Shown: positions 28,148 through 38,569 of the stretch, one piece after another
Layout of the letters: each line of letters begins with the position of its first letter
Position numbering within the stretch: position 1 is the first letter of the stretch
IMG/VR virus record: IMGVR_UViG_3300025280_000022
Reading direction: 5' to 3' (one strand)
Source: a virus
DNA length: 64,000 nucleotides
The notes under the pieces: generated by a model
Told to the model about the DNA's origin: nothing
Database searches by the model: none
The model's input: the letters and a program-made list of their open reading frames with translations, nothing else
Position numbers and translations under genes: made by a program

Positions 28148-28759
28148 ATGAAGAAAGAAGATTTTATTACTTTCGAATATGGAGAAGGAGAAATGCTTGC
28201 TTATGAGCGTTATAAGCTCTACAGCTGGACGCGGGATTTAATACGTCCCCAAGCCGTGCTCGAAGTAGGGGCGGGCAGTGGGGCTTCGAGCTATTACATA
28301 CTTAAAGCGCTAGAGGCCATAGGCACTAAAGGCGTTCTCTATACGTGTGACCCCGAAGTTCGCCCTACTATGCAGACTCTATGCCAAAACTTCTCAAACT
28401 GTCAATTAATGCAGGCTTCTTCTCAATTCCTAATAAGCCAACTAATAGGACAGTCGCTCAAGCTGGATTATTTATTTTTTGATGGGCCCGAAGACCCCTA
28501 TCTCGCGCTATCGGATCTTCGAACCCTAGAAAGTCATATTGAGCCAGGATGTTATTTCTCTATGCACGATTGGGAGATTGTTCCTCGAATTTATGACGGA
28601 GCAACTTCGATTAAATCCGAGCTCATCCGCCCTTATATAGAAAATTCGGACAGATGGGAAAAGGTGGAGGTATTAAGTGGTTTAACAATTAATTCGGATT
28701 ATCATATTCAAGAAGGGGCCGATTCCGTAGGACTTTGCCTCTATAAGTTTGTTCCTTAA
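28148..28759 (+). CDS. Class I SAM methyltransferase (Methyltransf_24-like)
   Basis: 'VLEVGAGSGAS', 'DYLFFDG', 'MHD'. Confidence 0.8.
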   Translation: MKKEDFITFEYGEGEMLAYERYKLYSWTRDLIRPQAVLEVGAGSGASSYYILKALEAIGTKGVLYTCDPEVRPTMQTLCQNFSNCQLMQASSQFLISQLIGQSLKLDYLFFDGPEDPYLALSDLRTLESHIEPGCYFSMHDWEIVPRIYDGATSIKSELIRPYIENSDRWEKVEVLSGLTINSDYHIQEGADSVGLCLYKFVP

Positions 28760-28760
28760 A

Positions 28761-29624
28761 ATGAAGACGCCTGTAGTTTTAGTCCACTCGGGAACAGAGT
28801 TTCCCCTATATCTTAATGACTGTATTACCTTATTACAACACAACAGTATAAACGTCCACCTACTTCTTAGTGCGGCACTCCACGACCACGTCAAAGACAA
28901 CACTATAATTTTAGAAAAACTAGAGGACTTTGAAGACGAGAATTATAAAAATTATGAAATATTAAATTTCCCCCTCGACTTCAAGGATCGTTTTTTTGAA
29001 CGAACCTCTTCGCGCTTCTTTATATTGGCTAACTATGCCAAGCAAAAAGGTCTTACGTCTTTTTTTCATCTAGAAAATGATATAGCCTTATTTTCCGATC
29101 TAACCGCCGAAAGGCTCGTCGTAGAAAATTCAGGTAAAGAAATGTGGCTCGTTATAGATAGCGAGGAGAGGTGCGTGCCCTCAATAATATGGTTCAAAGA
29201 TCATGTTATTCTAGAGAGCCTCGCGGAATTTATATTTAACAGCAATACTTTTACCGACATGGAAAACCTTTATAAGTTTTTTAATGTCAAAAAATGGGCC
29301 CTGGGCAATTTCCCCCTTTTGCCTCCTGATAATCCTCATACCACCTTTCAGATTGACTACGCTAATTACTTCAGCGAATTTAATAGCATTTTTGACGGAG
29401 CCGCTTTAGGCCAATATCTATTCGGCACCGATGAAAGAGAAAACCTTGGAGAAAGCCTCCCAGGTTTCATAAATGAAACAACGGTATTCTCCCCGTCGGA
29501 TTACAAATATAAGTGGGAAAAGAAAGTTCCTTATCTCATTACCCCCCTCAACGAAAAGATAAAAATTAATAATTTACACATGCACTGCAAAAATCTTTCT
29601 CAACTCACTAATTTCGATGAATAA
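28761..29624 (+). CDS. Hypothetical protein, GT-A-like
   Basis: 'RFFIL...FHLEND', 'FDGAALGQYL', 'GFINET', 'NLHMHCK'. ATG 28761 chosen over upstream TTG. Confidence 0.55.
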   Translation: MKTPVVLVHSGTEFPLYLNDCITLLQHNSINVHLLLSAALHDHVKDNTIILEKLEDFEDENYKNYEILNFPLDFKDRFFERTSSRFFILANYAKQKGLTSFFHLENDIALFSDLTAERLVVENSGKEMWLVIDSEERCVPSIIWFKDHVILESLAEFIFNSNTFTDMENLYKFFNVKKWALGNFPLLPPDNPHTTFQIDYANYFSEFNSIFDGAALGQYLFGTDERENLGESLPGFINETTVFSPSDYKYKWEKKVPYLITPLNEKIKINNLHMHCKNLSQLTNFDE

Positions 29625-30378
29625 TATTCACTTTAAAATTATTGTACCCATGTATAATGTGGAAAAATGGATACACACAAATATAGCGAGTATTCGCTCG
29701 CAGGAATATGAAGATTTTCAATGCATCATCATCGATGATCTTTCTAGTGATAAAAGCGCAGAAATAGCTGCCGACCTCATTAAAGAAGACGAAAGATTTA
29801 AATTAATCATTAATAAGGAAAAAAAATATGCACTGCAAAACATTTACGAAGGGATTGCGCTTAGTGGCCCTTGCGATCATGACGTGATTGCAACCGTAGA
29901 TGGAGACGATTGGCTCTACACTCCAGAAGCCCTCGGCAAATTAAATTCGGTTTATACACAAGAGCATTGCTATTTAACCTATGGGGAGTTTGCATATCTT
30001 AATGAGCTAAATGCAAACATTTTAAGGCCCAATGGAGCGCATCCCTTTCCTGATGAGGTGGTGGCCCATAATGCCTTTAGGCGTTATCCCTGGATTTCAT
30101 CTCACCTAAGAACTTTTAAACATGGCCTGTGGAAGAGGATTAAGAAAGAAGACCTCCAAGACGAAAAAGGTATTTTTTACCGAATGGGGTGGGATGTAGC
30201 ATTTATGATGCCCATGCTAGAAATGTCAGGCTTCCGCACTCGCTGCATTACAGATATCCTTTATGTCTATAATAACGAAAACCCCATTAACGATTCTAAG
30301 GTAGATGTTACTCTTCAGTTAGCTACGGATCAAGAAATTCGCAAGAAACCTTTATATTCCCCTGTAGAAAACTTTTGA
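29617..30378 (+). CDS. GT2 family glycosyltransferase
   Basis: 'IIVPMYNVEKWI', 'IIDDLSSD', 'VDGDDWL', 'SHLRTF'. Confidence 0.9.
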   Translation: MNNIHFKIIVPMYNVEKWIHTNIASIRSQEYEDFQCIIIDDLSSDKSAEIAADLIKEDERFKLIINKEKKYALQNIYEGIALSGPCDHDVIATVDGDDWLYTPEALGKLNSVYTQEHCYLTYGEFAYLNELNANILRPNGAHPFPDEVVAHNAFRRYPWISSHLRTFKHGLWKRIKKEDLQDEKGIFYRMGWDVAFMMPMLEMSGFRTRCITDILYVYNNENPINDSKVDVTLQLATDQEIRKKPLYSPVENF

Positions 30379-31652
30379 TGCCTTCTTTTCTGAACAGAAG
30401 AGACCCTCTTTCTCTATTAACCCATTATCGTTTTGATATAATGGCCAAGTATATTCTGGGCAAATATCGTTATATTAACTCCTCTTTTCCGCTCAATTTA
30501 TATCGTCACCATTTAGAAGTTTGGAACGATTGCAATGAGATTACTAATTCGAATAAATCTACCTTAGAAGATTTTATAAAAGAATTTGACCTCCTTCTCT
30601 CCTCTATGAGCCAGAAGGGTTTTGATTCTACTCTTTCCTATATCCCCACCTATAATAGCCATGCCCTTAATGGGGCCCATCGGATCGCTGCCGCACTTTT
30701 GCAATCATGTGATGTGTGGTGCAAAGAGGGGGAACCGCAGGAGGGACAACTAGATTGTAGTCATTATTATCTGTCCACTAAAGAGGATTACGTGAAAGGG
30801 GGGCTTTCGCCTTTTTATGCGGACGCTATGGCGCTTGAATATTGCAAACTTAAAAAAAATACTTTTATTCTTACTTTATTTCCCGTCGCCTCTCACGATC
30901 TTTCTCCCGTCCGAAAAATAATTAGAAAATATGTGGACATAGTTTATGAGAAAAGCTTTAACTTGAGCACGAATGGGGCTTTTAATTTTATAAAAACTCT
31001 TTATGCGGGGGAAAAGTGGCTAGGCGATCGGTCTAACAATTTTCACGGTGTAAACCCCAAATTATCGGAATGTTACGCCGCGTCAGGGCCCACCGTAACA
31101 TTTCTTATAGAAACCAACCTTCCCATTCTCCTAACCGAACTAAAAGAAGAAATTAGAGACGTTTTTAAAATTGGGAAACATTCGGCTCATATTAACGATA
31201 CTCATGCAGAGACCCTGAGAATAGGACAGGCCGCTTTCAACGACAACACTCTTCACTTTCTAAATAACTCAAAACAAGCCTACTTTGCGAGATTTGAACA
31301 CCTTCTTGCGGTTTTAAAAAATACCATTATAGGGCATCATCTCAATGTAGAGGATTTTTGTATAACGGCGAGCTCCACCTTATCAGCTTATGGCTTACGG
31401 GAGGGCCAGGATTTAGATTACCTTCATGCATCTCCCGAGCATAAATTTGTCGGAGATCCTGACATCAGTAGCCACAATGGAGAACTAGGAGCCTATCAGC
31501 ACAGTAAAGATGATATTTTATATAACCCTAAGAATCATTTTTACCTCTATGGCCTCAAGTTCGCCAGCCTCAACATTATCGACTCTTTAAAAAGAAAAAG
31601 GAATGAGCCAAAAGATATTATTGATTGTAATTTAATTTCTGATATAATATAA
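30378..31652 (+). CDS. Hypothetical protein of glycan clusters
   Basis: 425-aa ORF with 'NGAHR' and nucleotidyltransferase-like 'YGLREGQDLDYL'. Confidence 0.55.
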   Translation: MPSFLNRRDPLSLLTHYRFDIMAKYILGKYRYINSSFPLNLYRHHLEVWNDCNEITNSNKSTLEDFIKEFDLLLSSMSQKGFDSTLSYIPTYNSHALNGAHRIAAALLQSCDVWCKEGEPQEGQLDCSHYYLSTKEDYVKGGLSPFYADAMALEYCKLKKNTFILTLFPVASHDLSPVRKIIRKYVDIVYEKSFNLSTNGAFNFIKTLYAGEKWLGDRSNNFHGVNPKLSECYAASGPTVTFLIETNLPILLTELKEEIRDVFKIGKHSAHINDTHAETLRIGQAAFNDNTLHFLNNSKQAYFARFEHLLAVLKNTIIGHHLNVEDFCITASSTLSAYGLREGQDLDYLHASPEHKFVGDPDISSHNGELGAYQHSKDDILYNPKNHFYLYGLKFASLNIIDSLKRKRNEPKDIIDCNLISDII

Positions 31653-31653
31653 G

Positions 31654-32556
31654 ATGAAGTGCACTGTTCCTCAATATGATCGCATCACAGCAGAACGTCT
31701 AAAGAGCTTATGCTGTAATTTTGAATTTACTCCCAGAGGTTTTTCTTCAAAATGTTTAGAAACTGGCGCCCTCCTAGAGGCTCCTCGGCCTCCAGAGCGC
31801 CCTGTAATTTTCTGCAAAGCCGATGATGTGTTATATTTTTTTGAGGAGTGTAAGCGGACTCCTCTTCTCGAGTACGTGCTAGTAACGCATGATAGCGATA
31901 TAAGTATCTCTTCGGAGATTTACAATTTAGCTCCTTCCAATATTTGGGCCTGGTTTGGGCAAAATATCGATCATCGTGCCCCCGATCTTTATTCCATTCC
32001 CATTGGATCCACTATAGCCACCTGGATTGGCGATTCGACTCACGCCCTTCAACGAGAAGTTTCCGATTTTGAGCTCATAGAAGAAACGGGTGACGACAAA
32101 AGTTTTGATAATTTGGTTTATATGAATTTTGGCGCGCACACTAACCCCCATCATCGCCTCCCCATCTATAATGCCTTAAAAGATAAAAGCTGGGTTACCG
32201 CCAGAAGATGCGACGTCCCCCCGAATGAGTATTCAACCTCTCCTCATTTCACTTCCGCGGCCCAATACCTTAAAGAGCTTTACAACCACAAGTTTACAAT
32301 TTCTCCTTTGGGGAATGGGGTAGATTGCGGTCGAGTGTGGCAAGCTTTATATTTAGGTGTTATCCCTATTATTCCGCGCCACATCAATGTAGAGTTTTAT
32401 GAAGATCTGCCTATTTTAATCTATGACGATCTAAGCGAGCTCACGCCCTCCCATCTAGAAACATGCTATATCAACTTAAATTCTTTTCCCCTTTATGATA
32501 AAGCAAAAGCTAGTTATTGGGCTCGTATCATTAAAGAAGCCTCTCACCCCGAATAG
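31654..32556 (+). CDS. Exostosin-like (GT47-related) protein
   Basis: 'HKFTISPLGNGVDCGRVWQALYLGVIPII'. Confidence 0.75.
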   Translation: MKCTVPQYDRITAERLKSLCCNFEFTPRGFSSKCLETGALLEAPRPPERPVIFCKADDVLYFFEECKRTPLLEYVLVTHDSDISISSEIYNLAPSNIWAWFGQNIDHRAPDLYSIPIGSTIATWIGDSTHALQREVSDFELIEETGDDKSFDNLVYMNFGAHTNPHHRLPIYNALKDKSWVTARRCDVPPNEYSTSPHFTSAAQYLKELYNHKFTISPLGNGVDCGRVWQALYLGVIPIIPRHINVEFYEDLPILIYDDLSELTPSHLETCYINLNSFPLYDKAKASYWARIIKEASHPE

Positions 32557-32559
32557 AAG

Positions 32560-33309
32560 ATGTTGGATTTACCTTTTTACGTTTCTACTAATAATAAACA
32601 CTGGAATTGCCTAAGAGTTTTTGCTTATATTTTTAATCATTTTTTACCGCGCCAAGAATTGAGAATATTAGGATACGACCACCCCCCTTTTAATTTACCT
32701 AAAAACTGCAAATTTATCTCCATGGGGGAACAAGGAGGGATTCACGAATGGTCAACAGATTTAAGAAAATACTTCCTGAGCCTAAGTGAAGAATATTTTA
32801 TATACGGCACAGAGGATGTGTTTTTTTATAAAAAACCTCAAATAAAGTATATAAATCATTTAATAAAATTAATAAAAACAACAGAAAACATAGGCAGAAT
32901 TAATCTTGTAGATGCGACAGAAGGATGGATTGAGGACGGGATGGCTGAAAAGGCGTTACCGTTGAGCCTCTATTATAAAGTTGATTTGCTAAAGGAAACG
33001 CCCTCTAGCGAAAGCGAATGGGGAGCATGGAAATTATATCGCCAGACCAAAGAAAGCGACTATAGCTTAACTACGCAATTTTCCATATGGAATAGGAATT
33101 TTTTCTTAAAATATTTAATAGAAGGATTAAGCCCTTGGCAATTTGAAATGGAATCCTCCAGAGCCTCTCAAGATAAAAATTATAAAGTATTAATGGTGGA
33201 CCAGAATTTTCCCATTCATAAATATGAAGGGTATAGTCTCGGAACGTGGACGAACAAAGAATATTGGCTCCACCTATTGAATAATAACCTACGAGCCTTA
33301 ATAACATAA
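32560..33309 (+). CDS. Hypothetical protein, GT-A-like
   Basis: 'YFIYGTEDVFF', 'QFSIWNR', 'SPWQFE'. Confidence 0.55.
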   Translation: MLDLPFYVSTNNKHWNCLRVFAYIFNHFLPRQELRILGYDHPPFNLPKNCKFISMGEQGGIHEWSTDLRKYFLSLSEEYFIYGTEDVFFYKKPQIKYINHLIKLIKTTENIGRINLVDATEGWIEDGMAEKALPLSLYYKVDLLKETPSSESEWGAWKLYRQTKESDYSLTTQFSIWNRNFFLKYLIEGLSPWQFEMESSRASQDKNYKVLMVDQNFPIHKYEGYSLGTWTNKEYWLHLLNNNLRALIT

Positions 33310-33318
33310 GACGAAACA

Positions 33319-33762
33319 ATGAAAAAGATATACTCCCAGATTCAACCAGACGTATTACTGCATCTCGTGCATAGGTTGGAAGATATTGAAAATGAACCCG
33401 AGTCTGACATTCCCCAGCTTGCGAGAATAAATGTCGCCCCGAATGAAGAATTTTTGCAGCTGGCGAGCCTACGGATAGGAGAGGGTAAAACCTTCAAACC
33501 CCATAAACATATTTATAAAAAGGGAGAAGAAGAGGTGATTGCTCAAGAGTCCTGGGTTGTAATAAGGGGAGGTGTAGACGCCATATTGTATGACCTTGAT
33601 GATTCTATAGTGGAAGTTGTTCATCTCCATGAAGGGGATTGCTCTATGACGTTTCGCGGCGGCCATAATTATCTCAGCACAGAAGATAATACTATTGTAT
33701 ACGAGTACAAGACAGGGCCATATAGAGGCGTTAAAAACGACAAGGCGTTTATAGATGATTAA
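33319..33762 (+). CDS. Cupin-fold protein (WbuC-like sugar isomerase)
   Basis: 'PHKH...E...GGH...EYKTGPY'. Confidence 0.75.
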   Translation: MKKIYSQIQPDVLLHLVHRLEDIENEPESDIPQLARINVAPNEEFLQLASLRIGEGKTFKPHKHIYKKGEEEVIAQESWVVIRGGVDAILYDLDDSIVEVVHLHEGDCSMTFRGGHNYLSTEDNTIVYEYKTGPYRGVKNDKAFIDD

Positions 33763-34294
33763 AATTCACATGGGCTGCGGCTGGAGAAATTTTGGCCCAG
33801 GGTGGATACATATAGACGGCGGAGACTATAAACATCTAGACTCCAATAGCATCACTTGTTTGCCTTATGAAAATAATTCCGTAAGCTTAATATATGCTTC
33901 GCATGTCCTAGCCTATTTCGATCGGGAAGAAGTTGTGGCGCTACTAGAAGAGTGGAAGCGCGTATTAAAAACAGGGGCTATTCTGCGCCTGGCGGTTCCT
34001 AATTTCCAAGCTTACGTGAAACTCTATCAGTCTAAGCAAATTACATTAGATCAGTGCCTAGGCCCCTTTTACGGAAAAATGGCGATGGGAGAGAGCTCTA
34101 TATATCATAAAACGGTCTATGATTTTAACTCTCTAAAATCTCTTTTAGAAAAACTAGGTTTTAATAACATTATAAAGTATAAGTGGCAAGAAACTGAACA
34201 CTGCGCTCGTGACGATCACTCGCAAGCCTACATTCCTCATATGGATAAAAATCACGGAACCCTCATGAGCCTAAATGTAGAATGTTTTAAATAA
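33755..34294 (+). CDS. Methyltransferase type 11-like protein
   Basis: 'HMGCG...GWIHID', 'LPYENNSVSLIYASHVL', 'RVLKTGAILRLAVP'. Confidence 0.85.
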   Translation: MIKIHMGCGWRNFGPGWIHIDGGDYKHLDSNSITCLPYENNSVSLIYASHVLAYFDREEVVALLEEWKRVLKTGAILRLAVPNFQAYVKLYQSKQITLDQCLGPFYGKMAMGESSIYHKTVYDFNSLKSLLEKLGFNNIIKYKWQETEHCARDDHSQAYIPHMDKNHGTLMSLNVECFK

Positions 34295-34299
34295 TCAAA

Positions 34300-35154
34300 A
34301 TGACTAAAATTTATTTTGCGCCCAATTGGGGACTGTCTGCCGAGGATATGGTGGCCTGTTATATAAAGCAAAGCCCGAAAGAGTCTGGTTCGTGGGGGAA
34401 AATAAGCCACACAACAGATTTAAACAAAGCAGATTATTTAATAATCGAAGACGAATGCACCGCCGATGTTTATAACAAATTTCCTGCGGATAAAAGGCTT
34501 TATTTTTCTAGGGAAGCTTTAGATCCAAATAGCCACAATAACTACAAAGCAAATCAGGTTAAAAAATTTTCTTTTTGGGATGGGAGCGGCTACCTTTATA
34601 CCAAGTGGATATACCCCAGAGAATATGGAGGGATTAACATGACATATGATAAACTATTGTCCGAGCAAGAACCCAACAAAATAAAAAATATTAGCTGCAT
34701 TCAAACCAATAAAGAGATAACCACAATTCACAAAGCAAGACAGGTCTTCATCAAAAAATACATGAGTCGTTATGACATTGACGTTTATGGCACAATTTCC
34801 TGCGCTAATCGCGCCCTGGAAAACAACGATAAAAAAAACGCACTTGACGAATATAAATATTGTCTTACGTTTGATAACCAAACCACAATTAAAAACTTTT
34901 TTGGAACGCAAGTCACAGACGCCTTATTAAGGTGGACGGTACCCATATATGGGGGCGGAGGAGAACTAGAGAGATATTTTCCCAAGAAATCGTTTATCAA
35001 AATTGATCCGACTGACCTAAATGATATTGACAGAGTTCATGATCTGATAAAAAATGACAACTTTAACGACAGGCGAGAAGCTATTGCGCAAGCCAGAGAC
35101 CTTATCATAAACAAATACAATGTATGGCCCACCATTGAAGCTTTAATAAAATGA
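34300..35154 (+). CDS. GT10 (alpha-1,3/4-fucosyltransferase-like) protein
   Basis: 'KKNALDEYKYCLTFDN...FFGTQVTDALLRWTVPIYGG' is a divergent GT10 motif. Confidence 0.7.
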   Translation: MTKIYFAPNWGLSAEDMVACYIKQSPKESGSWGKISHTTDLNKADYLIIEDECTADVYNKFPADKRLYFSREALDPNSHNNYKANQVKKFSFWDGSGYLYTKWIYPREYGGINMTYDKLLSEQEPNKIKNISCIQTNKEITTIHKARQVFIKKYMSRYDIDVYGTISCANRALENNDKKNALDEYKYCLTFDNQTTIKNFFGTQVTDALLRWTVPIYGGGGELERYFPKKSFIKIDPTDLNDIDRVHDLIKNDNFNDRREAIAQARDLIINKYNVWPTIEALIK

Positions 35155-35951
35155 ACAATATAAAAAATAACGGAGGGTGCATATTCTGCGAAAGAAAAGA
35201 ACACACCACTCTGTATAAATTTGCAGATCTCCCAAGGTACAAACAAATAGGAAAAAGCAGGGACATAGTTAAATGCGAAAACTGTGCCTTGGTATATTGT
35301 TACCCAAGAAATTCGGAAGAATCAATGTTAGACATTTATGAAAATAATTATTGGCAAGACTACCAGACCCAAGTAGGGGAAATGAACATAAATGATAGAA
35401 TTTTAGAATTCGAGACGATCTCCAAGGAAAGAATGACCTACATAGAAAACTTTAAAACATCTGGAAAATTTTTAGACGTCGGATGCTGCATGGGGTTCTT
35501 GGTTAACGAAGCAAATAACAGGGGTTTCGATGCTTATGGAATAGACCTTAACGAAGAAGACATTAACGAAGGAAAGAAAAGATATGATATTAATTTAAAA
35601 AAAACTTTTCTTGAAAATTTTCAACAATATAATTTTGATATAATAACAAGCTTTAATGTCTTGGAACACGTATCAGACCCTGTAAAAATGTTGCTCGAAA
35701 AAAAGAAAAGACTAAAAAAAGACGGCATCATCGTTGTTGGTACTCACGACATAGAATGCCAAAACCACCGAAAAGAGAAGGTAAAATGGAAACACATTAT
35801 ACCAAACGAGCACTTGTATTTTTTTAGCATAGAGACCCTGAGTAATCTGGCCTCAAAAGTAGGATTAAAATTGCTCTACTATAACAAGCCCATCGAGAAT
35901 AGTATTGTTGCATATTTTAAACTCAAAGACTATAATAAACAAAAGGCATGA
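35151..35951 (+). CDS. Class I SAM methyltransferase with N-terminal Zn finger
   Basis: CIFC/CENC, 'FLDVGCCMG', 'NVLEHVSDP', 'EHLYFFS'. Confidence 0.85.
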   Translation: MNNIKNNGGCIFCERKEHTTLYKFADLPRYKQIGKSRDIVKCENCALVYCYPRNSEESMLDIYENNYWQDYQTQVGEMNINDRILEFETISKERMTYIENFKTSGKFLDVGCCMGFLVNEANNRGFDAYGIDLNEEDINEGKKRYDINLKKTFLENFQQYNFDIITSFNVLEHVSDPVKMLLEKKKRLKKDGIIVVGTHDIECQNHRKEKVKWKHIIPNEHLYFFSIETLSNLASKVGLKLLYYNKPIENSIVAYFKLKDYNKQKA

Positions 35952-36004
35952 GTCAACGCTATACAAAACACGACCCAGACAACATAAAAATTCATAAAAT
36001 ATGA
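35948..36004 (+). pseudogene. 18-codon bridging mini-ORF resembling the 5' end of the next gene
   Basis: MSQRYTKHDPDN... versus MSTHYTKLQFDTQDHN..., with ATGA overlaps at both ends. Confidence 0.4.
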
Positions 36005-36666
36005 GCACACACTATACAAAACTCCAGTTTGATACCCAAGACCACAATTTTTTGAAGTCTATCCAAGCCCTCTTTGGCGTTGCTAAGCTCGAAAATATAC
36101 ATGAAAATTTAGGCAATCTTCGCCAATTTACCATGAAGAGCAATTCAGACACGAAGTACCATAAGCTGTTTTATAGCAGATTAAAAAACGATTGGCCCGA
36201 GTTTGAGAAATTATATGACGATTTTATGCGGGGCGTAGTCTATAAAGAAGTGCAAGAAGAATTTATTTATCAAAAGTGGCCCACTTTGCGTATCCACGTT
36301 ACTAACAATTGGGCCACCCCTGAATATCATCGTGATTCACAAGAAGGCTATAATCATCCTCTGGGGGAAATAAATTTCCTTCTGCCACTTACTCGGTGTT
36401 ACGATACAAATACGCTTTGGACGGAATCCGCTTCTGACAAAGGGGATTTTGCTCCTGTAAAGATGGAATGGGGCGACTTAGTGACCTTCAACGGAAGCGA
36501 GTGTAGGCACGGAAATAAAATAAACGATACCCCCACAAGCAGGGTATCTTTTGATTTTAGGGTTTTACCTTTACGTTACTATGACCCCACTGCCATAAAA
36601 ATTTCCCAGACAACCAATACCCGCTTTGAGGTGGGTCATTATTATAAAGAGCTCAAAAAGATTTAA
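36001..36666 (+). CDS. StrG-like Fe(II)/2-oxoglutarate dioxygenase
   Basis: 'YQKWPTLR', 'HRD...YNHPLGEIN', 'HGNKINDTPTSRVSFDFR'. Confidence 0.75.
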   Translation: MSTHYTKLQFDTQDHNFLKSIQALFGVAKLENIHENLGNLRQFTMKSNSDTKYHKLFYSRLKNDWPEFEKLYDDFMRGVVYKEVQEEFIYQKWPTLRIHVTNNWATPEYHRDSQEGYNHPLGEINFLLPLTRCYDTNTLWTESASDKGDFAPVKMEWGDLVTFNGSECRHGNKINDTPTSRVSFDFRVLPLRYYDPTAIKISQTTNTRFEVGHYYKELKKI

Positions 36667-36668
36667 AC

Positions 36669-36697
36669 TTGACTTAAATATAATATTGTGGTATTAT
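36669..36697 (+). promoter_or_regulatory. sigma70 promoter, near-leaderless
   Basis: TTGACT-N17-TATTAT, 8 nt before ATG 36706. Confidence 0.65.
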
Positions 36698-36705
36698 CAC
36701 ATCCG

Positions 36706-37809
36706 ATGAATATAGCACAAATGCGTCCTTATGTAGGACTTGATGACTACAAGGCCCTCCGATCTTGTTTTGAGATCAATTGGGTTACCGAAGGCCCCCA
36801 AGCCAAAGAATTCATCGAAGAAATTTGTCGTCTTACCGAAGTAAAGTATGGGGTTTTAGCTCCAAATGGGACTCTAGCACTTTTTTTAGCCTTAAAAGCC
36901 TTAGGCATTCAAGAGGGAGACGAAGTTCTAGTCCCTGATTTTACCTTTATCGCTTCTGCTACCTCTGTACAATTAACTGGAGCCACCCCTCTTTTTGTAG
37001 ATGTGGATTATTCCACCCTGCAGCTCGATGTAAACAAGTGCAAGGAACGTTTAACTTCTCGCACTAAAGCAATTATGCCCGTACATATGTATGGAGCTGC
37101 TTGCGATATGACTCAGTTAATGCAGTTCGCCGAAGAGCATAATCTTTTAGTTATCGAGGACGCGGCCCAGGCCCTAGGAATCAGCTGGAAGGATAAAGCG
37201 TGCGGGAGCTTTGGAAACGCGGGATGTTTTTCATTTTTTGCAGATAAAACCATTACTACTATTGAGGGGGGCTTTATTGGAACCAATGATCATACCACCT
37301 ATGAGCGATTACTATATTTACGTAATCAAGGCAGAATTAATAGCGGAACCTTTGTTCACCCCGAGCTTGGTTACAATTTCCGCATGACGGATATACAGTG
37401 CGCCTTAGGACTTAACCAGCTTCGCAAAAAAGATTTCATTTTTAGGCGCAAACTGGAAAACTTTGCTTTTTACGAAAGGGTCCTTGTAGAGAATTCCCAC
37501 TTGCGCCTCATGAAGCCCCAAGCGGGTTCAGGGTTTATGCCATTTCGTGCGGCGCTTGTATTAAACGAGGAGGCCGCTCCACTTTCAGAGTTTTTGGCCA
37601 CAAAGGGCATTCAGGCCCGAACATTTTTTTATCCCCTCCACCGCCAGCCCTGCTTTCAATATCTGCAATCGCTTAATCCCCCTTCTTTATTTCCTAATTC
37701 TGCCAAACTTTTTAACAATGGACTATGCCTTCCTATCTACCCCGATTTAACCGAAGAAGAAATCACTTACATCTGCGATGCAATACAAGAATATTATAAA
37801 AATAAATGA
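36706..37809 (+). CDS. DegT/DnrJ/EryC1/StrS aminotransferase (perosamine synthase-like)
   Basis: 'NGTLAL', 'IEDAAQALG', 'SFFADKTITTIEGG', 'LGYNFRMTDIQCALG'. Confidence 0.92.
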   Translation: MNIAQMRPYVGLDDYKALRSCFEINWVTEGPQAKEFIEEICRLTEVKYGVLAPNGTLALFLALKALGIQEGDEVLVPDFTFIASATSVQLTGATPLFVDVDYSTLQLDVNKCKERLTSRTKAIMPVHMYGAACDMTQLMQFAEEHNLLVIEDAAQALGISWKDKACGSFGNAGCFSFFADKTITTIEGGFIGTNDHTTYERLLYLRNQGRINSGTFVHPELGYNFRMTDIQCALGLNQLRKKDFIFRRKLENFAFYERVLVENSHLRLMKPQAGSGFMPFRAALVLNEEAAPLSEFLATKGIQARTFFYPLHRQPCFQYLQSLNPPSLFPNSAKLFNNGLCLPIYPDLTEEEITYICDAIQEYYKNK

Positions 37810-38564
37810 GTGCCTATAAATCTAAGTTAGTAGAGCACTACGATTCCCTTTTTGCTCCCAAAGATTATAAAGGGGAAGCGGCTTTAATTTATAGATTATG
37901 CGGGGGACCTATCCAGATACAAAAAATCCTGGACATAGGCTGCGGCACGGGGTCCCACTTGCCCCATCTTTTACTTAATGCTTCGCAGCAAATAACAGGA
38001 ATTGATATCTCTAGAGAGATGATTGACAAAGCCAAAGAAAAAAACCTTTCTTCACAAATCAACTTTATACATGGAGAGGTTCAGTCGCTGAAGGGAAATA
38101 AATTCGATCTTGCAATTAGTATGTTTAATGTAATAAATCACCTCGATAGCATACAGGAATTAAAACTTTTTTTTAAAAGCGTGAGGGAGTGCCTCTATAA
38201 AAATTCTAAATTTATATTTGATTGTTGGAATGGCGTAGCAGCATTACGTGAGGAGCCAAGGAGCAATCAACGTATTATTGAAAGCGCAGTAGGGGGCCAT
38301 TTTATTCTAAAGCAAACACCCCAAACAAATTTATTAACAGGACATGTAGAAATTGAAAACCAGGTAGATGTTTATTATCTGGAAGAGCGCGTAGATAGTT
38401 TTACCTATACCTTAGATCATTGGCTGTGGACGCCTTCAGTTTTAAGTGAACTACTTGCGCAAAGCGGCTTTATAGTAGAAGGCATTTACAAGCATAACCT
38501 CACGGAAATCGAAAGCGCTGTTGCTGACGATTTTAAAGTAATTTTTATGGCCACCGCCATATAA
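37806..38564 (+). CDS. Class I SAM methyltransferase (sugar methyltransferase-like)
   Basis: 'YDSLFAPKDYKGEA', 'ILDIGCGTGSH', 'FIFDCWNG'. Confidence 0.85.
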   Translation: MSAYKSKLVEHYDSLFAPKDYKGEAALIYRLCGGPIQIQKILDIGCGTGSHLPHLLLNASQQITGIDISREMIDKAKEKNLSSQINFIHGEVQSLKGNKFDLAISMFNVINHLDSIQELKLFFKSVRECLYKNSKFIFDCWNGVAALREEPRSNQRIIESAVGGHFILKQTPQTNLLTGHVEIENQVDVYYLEERVDSFTYTLDHWLWTPSVLSELLAQSGFIVEGIYKHNLTEIESAVADDFKVIFMATAI

Positions 38565-38569
38565 TCATT

